From: Eledone cirrhosa
Taxonomy: Eukaryota
Length of the DNA stretch: 64,000 nt
Assembly: GCA_964016885.1 (NCBI GenBank)
Contig: OZ024755.1
Span: forward strand, 9,796,001-9,860,000
Direction: 5' to 3'
The position numbers and the translations under genes are program-made. This document shows positions 25,241 to 47,513 of this stretch, piece by piece (position 1 is the first letter of the stretch; every line of letters begins with the position of its first letter). Below the pieces are notes generated by a model that was given only the letters and a program-made list of their open reading frames with translations, was not told where the DNA came from and did no database searches.

Positions 25241-25989
25241 TATAGGGGTTGCGTACGTGTGTGTGCTTGGGACATGTATAATTGAGTGTGACTCGTCATA
25301 AAACGGGTAATTGTGGGAGTATCTTCATTTTCCTCATGTGGGTAACATCAAGTAATTTTATGAGGTAAAAATAATTATAATTCTGTAATAGTTTTTATAA
25401 AATATTTTATTTCATTTTTTTATTCTGTTAATCTCGGAAGTGAGGAAATGCGAAAGAGTCACTGACTGTAGTGTGTTTTATGGGGTTTCTGCCTTTAACA
25501 AAAGGTTACATGACAAAATCATCGAGTCTCTAACCATCCAATATTAACACTCCAGCTTTTCTAATTCGTGTTATTATTAGTTTTAATAAGCTTTAAACTG
25601 GTTCAGTACCATTCAGCAGACGACAGTTAACTACATAAGACTTATTTTGATTATCTCCCCTTGATTACGTTTAGCCAAATATCTGCACACACACATTTAT
25701 CTTCTACCGTTGCGTTTTATTTTTATTTTTGTATCAAACAATAAATTCATTTATACAAGACGTCAGATATATAATAGGATAATTCATTATTATATAGTAC
25801 ATATTTTATGATTTGCAGCCCAGAGTGTTAGTGTGGGAACAAAAAAATATACATGGGCATATATTTAATATAACATAAGCTCGTAGAGCAAATATTTTTT
25901 TATTAGTACAGATTAAATATTAGGGTGAAAGCAGAAATTCTTTGCTTAAAAAATTTTAATCTGAATTAATATATATATATATATATTTT

Positions 25990-27255
25990 TACCTTATATC
26001 TTTAAACTTCTGCAGATGGTGTGACAAATTTGGTTTTTTTACCGAACTTCCTTTCAGAGTTATGAATTTTTAATATTAAAAGTTCAGGTACTCGCCCTGC
26101 CATGATGGAGTCCAGTTCTATATCTCAGTGTAATCTTGGAAGTAAATTGGAAGATGAATGTCACAAAATCACTTATTCAAGGAAACAGGGATTTTTGAAA
26201 TGCAGTTCTTTATCTGACAATGAAAAGGTTTTAATTCACTGGAGATCTAGAGTTTTACTGCATAAAAATGATAATGTTTGCTTTCATCATGAGAAAGTTC
26301 TAAGAAAAGCTTTGGTATAATGAAGCCATCATATTATTTGACTTTGCAGAAAATTATAGCTTTATCATATAGGATGTTGTGCAGGGGCATCATTGGGATA
26401 ATTCCAAAGCTACAGTGCATCCCTTTGTATTTTATGTCAAAGACTCCTCAACCTCTGATCTCAAATGTGTAAAAAGATGTATCATATCTGACTGCCTTAA
26501 CAATGACACTGTGGCAGTTCATGCGTTTACTACTCAAGTACTGACTGCTATAAAATCAAAGTTTGACTGCTATAAAATCAAAGTTTGAGGATCTGACCAA
26601 AGTTATATACTTCAGAGATGGGGCTGCAAGCCCATATAAAAATTTCAAAAGTATAAAAATGCATGGTAAAAATTTGAAAATGATAGTGAACTGCCCACAT
26701 GCTAAGGGCATCAAAATGGGCATTTTTAAAGAAATTTTGAAATCGCACATATTTCAAAAAAAAATTCTGACACCCCCGTAATGTTAACTAACATAGTTAC
26801 TGCTCAGAAATGGTCTACTATATGCTAAGTAACAGAAAAACAATTGTGGTTGCTTTATCTAGTGTACCTATTGAGATAAAAATAGTTAAAAGAGGCATAC
26901 ATTTGCTGTACGTTTAATTCTTGGCAATTTTCAGAGGCCTGTAGATAGAGAAATATACAAGATACACTTGATTTGATAAGATATTTGAACTCTACAGAAA
27001 AAGTTAGCCCCAAACAAATGATTTCAAAGTTGTGCTTCCCATATTAGAGGAGAAATTGCTGTCTAAAGTTGGTCCAAGAGACCCATTTGGAAAAAAATGT
27101 AAATTTAATCAATATTTTAAAGGCTTACAATTTCAAAACTATCAAAGAAATTGACCTAATACTTGATATTTTTCTATCATATAGGTACAGGAGCTAGTAT
27201 GAATTTTTTCAGGGGGATCTGAGGGGGTGACCTGGGAAATTTTCTGTCACATGTC
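25990..27255 (+). mobile_element. Decayed DNA transposon (Sola-like transposase relic, tentative)
   Basis: Broken frame EAIILFDFAENYSFII*DVVQGHHW...TVHPFV...IISDCLNNDTVAVHAF...VIYFRDGAASPYKN, with stops and a 22-bp tandem duplication at 26542-26585. Boundaries approximate; superfamily from motif recall. Confidence 0.6.
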
Positions 27256-27749
27256 AAGCAATGCCTGTGCTTGAAGCTTTTTGAAGTGAAGAAAGGCTTT
27301 GCATGGGACAAATCTCACTCTGAATATCGAATGCATTTGCCCAAAAAGAAGAACTGGTCTACATCATAGGATGCTGACAAAATCGCAGGTTTTATATACA
27401 TACACGCACACACAGGGCCGGATAGGATCCACGAAAAAGAAGTAAGTTAACGAGCTCTGGGTGAGAAATAAGCAGCTGACAGATTAAGTCTATCAATCAA
27501 ATATTTAAAGCAAATTAATGTTATATTAAACCATATAAACATGGTTTATCTTATCTTTAGTTTATCTAAGAACCTATATTAAACTATGCTTAATAATGAA
27601 AAAGTTAGTTATATTACTAAATCCCTCAAAATTCTTGATTATTTTCAAAACTATTTGAAAATTATATCTAGAGAGATATATTGATGCTTAGGATACCTTT
27701 CCCTTTGTTTTAGACAATGATGACCCATTCAACTCAACCCAGCATGGAA

Positions 27750-28230
27750 TTCAGACTTCGTAAAGACCTGAAGATCCGTCTCTTCATTGCTACAGTGGAG
27801 TCTGTGTTACTGTACGGGTCTGAGACTGGGACACTGACCAAGAAACTCACTCTGATGGTGAATGGGTGCTACACAAAAATGCTGAGAATGGCTCTGAACA
27901 TTAATCAATATACACTGAGAATGAAGAACTCAGAGCTGTATGGGAGCCTCCCAAAAGTCAGCTCGAAAGTAACACAGAGACTAAGATTAGCTGGACATGC
28001 TCACCAACATTCAGAGTTGACACTGCACTCAGTGCTCCTGTGGGAGCCCCTACACAGACACACTAGAAGAGAGAGACCGAGGTTGACATTTATTGATGCC
28101 CTAAGGACAGCCACTGGTCTCTGGGAGTAGCAGGACATGGTAGTGGTGATGAAGGAGACAGAGACCGCTGGAGAGAACTTGTCCATGGATCTCGGGAATA
28201 TTACCCGCCCTAGATAGAGGGATAGATATG
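27750..28230 (+). mobile_element. RTE-like LINE 3' fragment
   Basis: LKIRLFIATVESVLLYGSET.TLTK...MLRMALNI...RLRLAGH...LLWEP...RPRLTFID. Confidence 0.8.
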
Positions 28231-29040
28231 ATGATCATGGTGATGGTGATGATTATAATAACTGTTTTTGTAAAAACAATTTAGTGTGTGTTCATGTAAC
28301 CAGACCAGACCAGACCAAACTAGGAAAATGTTATCAGTTTATAAAACTTCAGTTTAGGATGAATGCTTGTGGGAAAATTTGTTTCAATAATTTAAGAGGA
28401 AACCTAGTTCAGGAAAAATGTTGTTTGGAAGTGCTGGCTAAAATGGTCAACTCTGTTGATTTCATATGATTCTCGGCCACTATATCCTTTCCAGAAGGGA
28501 AAAATCAGGCACACTTCAGGATTTTTATTATTATTAATTTAGGTATTTATTAAAGGTAGGCTCAGATTGACAAGCAGTTACATATATTTTTTTATTTGCA
28601 AAAAAAAAAAAGAGAGAAAAAACACTCAAGCAGGTAATACATACATCTAGGACCACATACAACAAAAGGCAAGTGAAAGGGGTGGACAAACAAACCGCTG
28701 CAGGATTTGAACTCAAAACGCGAAGAACTGAAACAAATAACATAAACCGCTTCTTAGAAAATCATAAAAAACACTTTTCTTGGAAAAGTAATTTAAAATG
28801 AAAGTAAATGTCGCAGCTGATATCTGTTTAAAGAGAAAATGAAAATAATGCTTTGCCGTTAAAATTCCCGTTATTTTCTAAGAATTCAAACATAAGCACA
28901 ATTCATGTATGCGTGTGTGTAGAAGGCCCATAGATGTGGGTTCAATCCTGGAAAAGGGTCTTCTACTACAACCTCGGGTTGACCAATGTCTTGTGAATAG
29001 AATTTGGTTGACGGAAACGTTTATATATATATATATATAT

Positions 29041-29116
<76 letters not shown>

Positions 29117-29120
29117 AAGA

Positions 29121-29307
29121 AAGTGTGGTAAGAAACCAGGTGGACCATAACGCACTAGAGTACTCGATACTTAGGGTAATAAAGTGGGTAACAGGACCCT
29201 GACAGCTGAGCTCCGGCCGTTTCGACAGCTAGATCCGAAATCCGAACAGTTCGGATCTAGCTGTCGAAACGGCCAGAGCTCAGCCGTCGGGGTCACGACT
29301 ATTTTCC
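29121..29307 (+). mobile_element. (TA)n-embedded fold-back module, copy 1 (probable Penelope-like pLTR relic)
   Basis: Arms 29195-29239 / 29250-29294 match 42/45 with a 10-nt loop. Shares head GTGGTAAG.AAC.AG.TGGA.CATAA and tail GTCGAAACGGC..GAGCTC.GCCGTCGGGGT with copies at 29663-29782 and 55896-55993. Confidence 0.65.
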
Positions 29308-29662
29308 TATATATATATGTATATATATATACCTACACATGACTTCTGTTTTTATTGTTCAAACACACACACATACATATGTATATATATATATATGTGT
29401 GTGTGTGTGTTTCCGTTTGTATCTGTGTTTATGTTCCGTAATCTAACTGTTTGACAAAAATAGAGATCGATATTAAAAACTCAGGATATGACTAACTAAA
29501 TATTGTTGGTGCCCCAGCATGGCCACAGTCTAATGACTTAAACCAGTAAAATACTATGTGTGTGTGTGTGTATATATATATATTCTAGGAATCTTTTACT
29601 TTCACTGTTGTAGTGCACCTGAGCACTGTACACAATAACTTCATTATTATATATATATATAT

Positions 29663-29779
29663 AACGAAGGAATTGTGGTAAGGAACGAGATGGACCATAA
29701 CGCACGAGAGTACTCAATACTTAGTCCAGAAATAGCCGTCGAAACGGCTTGAGCTCTGCCGTCGGGGTCATACTTTTTC

Positions 29780-29782
<3 letters not shown>
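29663..29782 (+). mobile_element. (TA)n-embedded module, copy 2
   Basis: Same head and tail as copy 1, left hairpin arm absent, TA arrays on both sides. Confidence 0.65.
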
Positions 29783-29819
<37 letters not shown>

Positions 29820-30236
29820 ATCCTTTCTATACCACACATAACATCATTCAAAAAATAGTCTGGTAGTGCTTTGTATTACTCAAGGCTTTAATTACGGGAG
29901 AAAGGCTAATTTATAACGACTAATTTGATTGGTTGTTAACACCTAGGTGCTCCCTTCCTCGTTTTCTTCCTCGCTACATTCGTGGCGGCGTAATACTTCC
30001 CTCACTCCTTCGTTCTCTCTTTAACAATAACCTCTTACTACACATCCTTATGTAGTAGCCGTCGTCACCATACACACACACACATACACATATAAAGACC
30101 GGTTATTTCAGCTTGTGACTACTTGGACGTTTATCGTCTTTTTAGAAGGTGTACATTCTAGTTGTTAGCTGCATTTGTTTTTCTTTTCATATTAACACAC
30201 TGAAAAATATTTACATTATAATCGAAATACTTCACA

Positions 30237-40609
<10,373 letters not shown>

Positions 40610-41688
40610 TTGTCTACCAAATGAACTTGCCAAGCATATTAAAACAACCCCCAACAAAAAAGTGATAAAATCGAAACTTGCATTTTTTTTTTTTTTTTTG
40701 TTTAACTTAAAAATGAATTCTTTATTTACTTAAAAAAAAATCAAAACGGATCCTTTATGGTTAAAGATATTTTGCTTAAATTTACAGAAGCAAATTTCAA
40801 TAAAACAATATTTAAAGATATAAAAAAAACCCCATAAAATCACATATTTGGTTGTTTTATTTTTTATTAAAATATTCAAGTTTGCCATTTAGTTCCCCTT
40901 GCTCTTCTGATAATGGATGATACTCAAAGGAATTTGTCTCAGTAAATTTACCTTTTCACAACTGACTTTGGTGAAGAAGCTAACAGACCTGAATCTCCGT
41001 GTGAATGTTCACCTGTTTTACGTCCGGCCAAGAAATACAGAAAAGTCTCACACAATCATAGCATATCCACACAGTACTATGTCCTGACAAAAGCTGCACG
41101 AACCCTGATGTGACATCACTGGCCCCTAACTTCTGGCAAGACCTAGCCCCACAGTCAATTGAAAACAAACCTTTCCTCAATAAATAATACCATGTAATAC
41201 TAGTGGACCTGTGCCATCAAGTATTAAACATGTTTAATTATTGGAGTTTGGGATTGATTCTATATCTGTCAGCTGTGCCTTGCTGATAAAATGGCAAAGG
41301 CCAACAACATCCACCCCACTTCATGGGGCTCCTTCCTTAGACAGGCTGCTATATGGGATCTGAGGTCTCAATGGCGACTGCAAAGAGAAAGTGGCTGGAC
41401 AAACACTAGTATTTGCTTTTCTTCCTTCCCTCAGCATTTCAAAGCATAGTACCAGGGTTTGTGGCTAAACTGACTAGATTAAGTTATATTACTAAATCTT
41501 TCCAAAGGTCCTCATAAAATTATGATAGGTTTTTAGATAAATATAATCACTTTAAAATAGTTTGGTATCGTAGAATCTGGTGGTTTGTTGAAGAAAGGGA
41601 TCATGACGATATATACATATGCAGGATTTGAAGTTTACTGAATGGAAAACATTCAATCCATTGTCACTTATTCTCTTAAATAAAATTT

Positions 41689-44414
41689 CTAGCTTTCAAG
41701 TTCTTGTAGCAAGTGGATATTAAGATCATCAAGATTTTCTAGTGTTTCATGTCCACTGATTTCTTCATTGTCTTCTGGTTTTTGGTCAAGTTCATTAATC
41801 TGAAATATAAAGAAAGGGGTTTGTGAAAACAGTCGAGCTTTTATTTGGTTAATGATACAATTGGCAGGTGTTAGGGCGTTGCATTAATATTTCTATGGCT
41901 CTCTGCACTCTGCCATGGTTAACTTTACCTTTGTGTCAAGGACATGACACTGTATATAAGCAAAACAGATCCCTGGTTTGTCTGGGAGATCAGTAGCCAC
42001 TGATTTAGAACTGACTTGGTCTATGCAGAGCTGTCCAACCCTTGGTAGCAGGGGAAAACGGATATGATGACATTGACAGTATAAATTTGAGAAGGGGTTA
42101 AGTTATGAATTTTTTTTTTTTTTTTTTTTTACCTCTAGTAAAGAAGCTTCACAAGATTCAGCGCAGTAGATATCGGGTTTAGAAGTGTTTAACTCAGCAC
42201 AAATCTTTCCATTTGGCAACACTAACACGAGTATCTTGGAGAAAGCATTTATAACAGATCGTTGGTAACAGATTTTCCTGGCTTTGTGATATGCTGTGAC
42301 CTTTTGCAAAGAATCTGCAGAGAAACGGATGAGAGTAGTGACTGATTAAGCTTGCATGGGGCCCTTACATATTATTTATTAAAGCAAAAACATTAATTTG
42401 GGACCCTTTATATATTGTGGATCCTGTAGGCTACAGCACAGTCAGCCTTGTCCCCAGCTACCACTGGGTGAGATTGACTGGTGAGGGGACAGTTGAATAA
42501 TGAGGATTAGCAGCAGTAACAGGCAAAGTATGAACAACAATATTCACATTATACATGTTTTTGTGTTGTATGAAAATCACAGCATTTATTTTAAGTGACA
42601 AAATATTTACCATTTTGGTTGTAAGTTTCTTCCCAAGCTCCAAAACCCTCTGATGAGATTCCATGAAAAGGCAGAGATACATTGGAAAGGCAAAAGAAAC
42701 ACACTCTAAACATTGTTGAGCTGGCATTTGTTTCACACAAAGTATTTTGTTTTAACTGAAAGATATTTTAGTAAACCTTGTACTCTCAACGAATAAACAC
42801 AGGTAAATGGTTTCTGATGTAGGCACAAGGCCAAGAAGAAGACTATGAAAACCCATGCAAAATGGACAAAGCTCCGAATCATTTAAATCTCCATATTGAG
42901 AGTAAAGTAAACCTCTACTTAACAGTAGGTGGCTATTTTAAGGAACATTACATTGTTGATTACTATTACCACTATGAACTATACTCTATTTCAAATAATT
43001 CAATGAATAATTTTGAGGCGTTTACTAAAATTATTTCATTACTGAGATAGTAATTTAATATGTAGTTCCTATATAAAATTGTTGAAAGATTTTAATTTAA
43101 ACAGGAACCCTTTAAAATGGGTGGTTTTGTCACACAGAACCAGACAGTTTGGTATAAAAAGAATTACTATTATATGTACTAGTATATAATCTGAGAAATA
43201 TGTGACAAAAAAGTCTATGGTAAAATGGGGTCAGCTTATATTTGAATATATATAGTAAGTAATAAAAAAAAAAAATCAACTGACCAGTTTAATGGTTGTA
43301 GTCCAGCCATTAAAACCAAAGTAGAAGTTGGCCACATCATAACATTTATTCAAAGAAAGATGCTCTAAAACAAACATCTTTTTCCTTTTGGCATATTCAA
43401 TCTATAACATAAAAATATCACAATCATTATCATCATAAATTTCTGTTAGTAATTTTTATATATAGGTGAATTGACAGTCCTTAACTCTTAAAATGAGTTG
43501 CAGTATTTGTTCCGGCTCTCTGTGTTCTTAGATCAAATTCTGCCAAGTTCAACTTTGTCTTTTGCCCTTCTGAAGTTGATAAATAAAGTACCAGTCCAGT
43601 ATTGGAGTTCTTCTGCTACCTCTCTTTATTACTTTCTTACACTCTACTTTGCTCTCAAAACAATTGGCTGTCTTCCAGCCTGAAGAAGGATGAGCTCTGC
43701 CAGGATTAAATAGCCAAGGATGCACCCCTACAAATCTATGAAGAGTTAAGTACAAATGAATGGATGCATGATATGGAAATAACTAACACAAGCAAGAGAG
43801 GAGATAATAGAATTAAATTCAAAAACTTACCTTACATTGTTGTCCACCAATATATAAGTTAGAGTTGAGATTCCTGCAAGCATTTTGAGTTGCTTTGCTA
43901 GAATAATATTTCACGAAGGCATAGGTGTAGTTGTTGGAAATAGAGTGGTTTTCTTCTGTAGTCCCATTATGTGGTGGCTGTTCATTCTGTGCAGTTTGTT
44001 GGTTGGTATTAGAAAACAGTTGGACTTCAAAGAGAAGGCCAAATGTAGAAAATGCCTCATAAAGAACATTCTAAAGTAGACAAAGAGAAATTGATAAAAC
44101 GTTTAGTTCTGTGCATGTTTCAGACCTGTCAACTCTCCCTGTCCGATGGTTAGATCTCCCACCCACTTTGGGGTGGGTGATTGATGTCTTCTGTTGTGAA
44201 AATCGGTATAGCTTTCATTATGTAAAATCTCCTCATTTTATTGAAACGCCGTGATTTATTGGTAAACTACATTTATTTTCAGCGGGTGCAATATTAATTT
44301 GCCAGCAGTCCATACAGATTTCTTCCCCTTTATAAACAAACTTAAATAACGTTTCGAATGGGTGGGAAAATATTTATATTTAAAATACACACATACATTT
44401 GATGTGTGTGTACT

Positions 44415-44491
<77 letters not shown>

Positions 44492-44740
44492 CACTAAACA
44501 TTACAAAACAATTGGTTTCTTTTAAAAATAAATGTTAACCCATTCAATTGTTTGAATTCAAAGTTTAAAAAAACAATAACAAAGCGAAGAATAGTTAGAG
44601 CGATGGACGTGATTACGGTACTCTGATTATATACTCACGTAGATATCAGCTGGTGGTAACAATGTCGGTATGTTAGATATATATAGGTTTTTTCTATTGG
44701 AATGTGGCGGAGCGAACTCAATAACTTCAATGTCGTTCAT
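41689..44740 (-). CDS. RDM1: RAD52 motif-containing protein 1, 298 aa, 6 exons
   Basis: Exons 44740-44639, 44070-43831, 43401-43285, 42755-42611, 42314-42133, 41799-41689 (897 nt, phases consistent). RRM (NLYISNI...LYEAFSTFGLLFEV...YAFVKYYS), RAD52 motif (KCYDVANFYFGFNGWTTTI), NAFSKILVLVLPNGKI and an acidic tail. Confidence 0.92.
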
Positions 44741-45619
44741 GATCCTCTCAATTGATGACATTGAAGCGAGAAATATTACAAGGGAAGTAACTCTAGTATT
44801 AACAACGAATTAGTCGGAAATAGCACGATTCTGTGTTTGTAATGTGCCTTTTCTTCCCGTCTTTTCTTCTTTCCCTTTTCTCTCTGATTAATTTCTATTG
44901 ATTTGTCTTTTTTAAATCATATTCAATGTATACATTTTATAACTTAAAAACAACATTTTGTACATACAAACGCAATTTATATAATAACTTCGCTATCACT
45001 TGTGGCAATGCTGCTCGTGTATTGCCTTGTCATGTATCTGTCTTTTCATAAATTTACACAAAACTAAGTTTTATACTTTAAAAAATATGAAGGAACGAAT
45101 AAAAAAAAATAGAGAAGGCTATACACTACAACAGGGAATGCTGGTGTTTCCCTAAAAAAAAAACCAAGACACTGCATTGCAGTAGTTGATAGCGTGGCTA
45201 AGACGTTGGAGCTAAGCACTCTCACTGGCTATTCCAGTGAGTGAATATGATACTATAACCGAAACTGTCTTGTCGTCGAAATCGACGGAGGTCCAACATA
45301 CGCAAAACCTTAACAGCTTACATTATTCAATATAAATTACTTTCAACTTTGCCTTTCATCCTTCCGGGGTCAATAAAATCAACTTTATCTTCCTCCCAAA
45401 TTGCTGGCCTTGTCCCAAAATTAGAAATAATTATTTTTGTCGACTACTCTATAATAGAGCTTTTGATTTTTCCCTTTTATTATATTTGATAGCAAACATT
45501 AAAATTGCGGTTGATACCAACTCGTTCAAAACAAGATTTGGTTCTGTGAAGCAAAACCATTCAATTTAAAGAATTTCTATCTAAATTTAAATCTTCCAAC
45601 ATTATTTTATATAGGTAAA

Positions 45620-45721
45620 TCCCGCCGAGGTTGACTTTGCCTTTCAACCTTACGGGGTCGATAAAATAAAGTACCAGTAATGCACTGAGTAATTGCTGGC
45701 CTTGTGCCTAAAGTAGAAACA
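45620..45721 (+). mobile_element. 5'-truncated tRNA-SINE with 19-bp TSD in the RDM1/VCPKMT divergent promoter
   Basis: ATTATTTTATATAGGTAAA at 45601-45619 and 45722-45740; body matches the SINE at 1504-1689. Confidence 0.85.
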
Positions 45722-45907
45722 ATTATTTTATATAGGTAAACTTACTATCCTAGTAATAAAATAATTGATATTTAGAAAATTCCTTAAAATTCTTCATTAA
45801 TTGATTGAGATAGTGTATACTACATTATAAATAAAGTCATGAAAGAGTTAATTACTGCATAGTAGATAGAATGCAGGGCTAAAGACGTGAGCCAAGTTGA
45901 AAAGTAA

Positions 45908-45926
45908 GTCACGTGGTACATGTGAC
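45908..45926. promoter_or_regulatory. Inverted pair of extended E-boxes (CLEAR/M-box-like) upstream of VCPKMT
   Basis: GTCACGTG-GTA-CATGTGAC ending 27 nt before the ATG. Confidence 0.45.
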
Positions 45927-45953
45927 GACATCAAGCTGACAAAGTTGAAAATA

Positions 45954-47476
45954 ATGGCGGTGCAGTTAGACAAATTATTCCCTCGTGAATTTGTCAGGAA
46001 TGATGGTATTACGCTCACTATTTATCAAGCTGAGATTGGTGATGTCGGCTGTGTCATCTGGGATGCAGCCATAGTTTTAGCTAAATACCTCGAATCAAAT
46101 GATTTCGACAAAGGAAACCAGTTAAAAGGGAAAAAGGTTTTAGAGTTAGGTGCAGGTACTGGTTGTCTTGGTATTGTCGCTGCAACGTTTGGGTTAGTAT
46201 AGTCTCTATTTTGATAATCTTCTCCACAATGTTTATATATATATATATATATATATACGTATATTACTCTTTAAATTATAGATCTTGATTTATATTTCCC
46301 TCTGTAATCCCTCGTTTTAAGATCACAGACACTTCCAGTAATTTCCGTGACAACATTGGGTCACAATCGTCAATGAAATGAACGTGAACGTTACCTCATT
46401 TATCTGGTCTGAATGATTTATTAAGGAAAAAGAATTATGAAATTAAAAAATTTTGAATTTACATAAAAATATTTCTTGCTGATTCCTATTTCAGCTAAAT
46501 TCACGAAGGGGTGTTTGGAAACAGTGTCCGATGTTCCATGCATGGCGAAATATTTTTGTTTAACGCTGCTCCACGAACCTTCTACCGTGTTTATATGTAT
46601 TGATGTATCGTTTGGACACGATTAACACTTACAAAGATTACCAGAAGTTGCCTGTGATCTTAAGGATCGCTCCTCTCCCCTCTTTTTTGTCTCTCTTCTG
46701 TATAGAAATCCCTGTATAGAAGATGCCGTTATATCTCTTCTTACATGTGTAATGTCTTCAATATGAGAAATTTTAAAATGACATTGCTCTGTTTTAGCAA
46801 TCTTTAAAATTGTTTTCATAAGAATTGGGATATTTATTATAATAGATATATTGTAAATATTTCGTCTTAGGTAGACGTAATGTAAACAATTACTTCGACA
46901 AATTCCGTTGTGCTTCGTTTGTTTTCGTTTTCGTAATCGCCAAACAGATCATGTTCACGGTTTTAGTGATGTTTCCTTTTTTTAATGTGTGTTGCAAAAT
47001 TTTCCCTTTTCTTTTAATAATAAATCATTAAAGAAATCTAGATATTTTAATCCTAGTCATTAATTTTATTACTGCTTAAGTAGTTGGAGGTAGTATTTAA
47101 TAACAACGTGCAGAAGAAAAGAAAAACCTTGTTTGTAGTAAGAAAAATGATAACAATTGTAAACAACAACAAACAAACTATACATGATCTGTGTAGCGAC
47201 TACGAAGACGAAAGTAGACGGCTATCAGTCATTGTTTACATGGCGTCTACCTAAGACGAAAGATCGGCAAATTTTTCAGTTCAGCATATTTAGTATACAC
47301 GAGGAACCGTTTCTTGTTTCTTTGTGTGTGTAATGTATATATATATATATATGTGTGTGTGTTAAAACAATGAAATAAAAAATCAAGTCATTAGAAATAT
47401 ACTTCACTGCCTTACGATCGTTTCTAGGTGATGATAATACGTCGTAACTATACCTCGTTATCGATCTATGTAAGGT

Positions 47477-47513
<37 letters not shown>

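Larger units (their letters stand above)
22030..25704. repeat. Diverged ~410-bp inverted repeat (22030-22445 / 25294-25704) with an inner 52-bp inverted pair (22592-22643 / 24376-24427)
   Basis: GGGGAGATAATCAAAATAAGTCTTATGTAGTTAA (~22075) is the reverse complement of TTAACTACATAAGACTTATTTTGATTATCTCCCC (~25627), with colinear blocks along both arms. The inner pair matches 47/52. Confidence 0.9.

Noticed and set aside
28920-28960. tRNA-like A/B-box sequences here and at SINE heads
   Set aside because: No complete cloverleaf; they continue into SINE bodies. No tRNA, rRNA or snRNA gene was recognised in the window.
40980-41180. 66-aa minus-strand ORF with Cys residues
   Set aside because: No recognisable family or splice context; probably RDM1 3' UTR.
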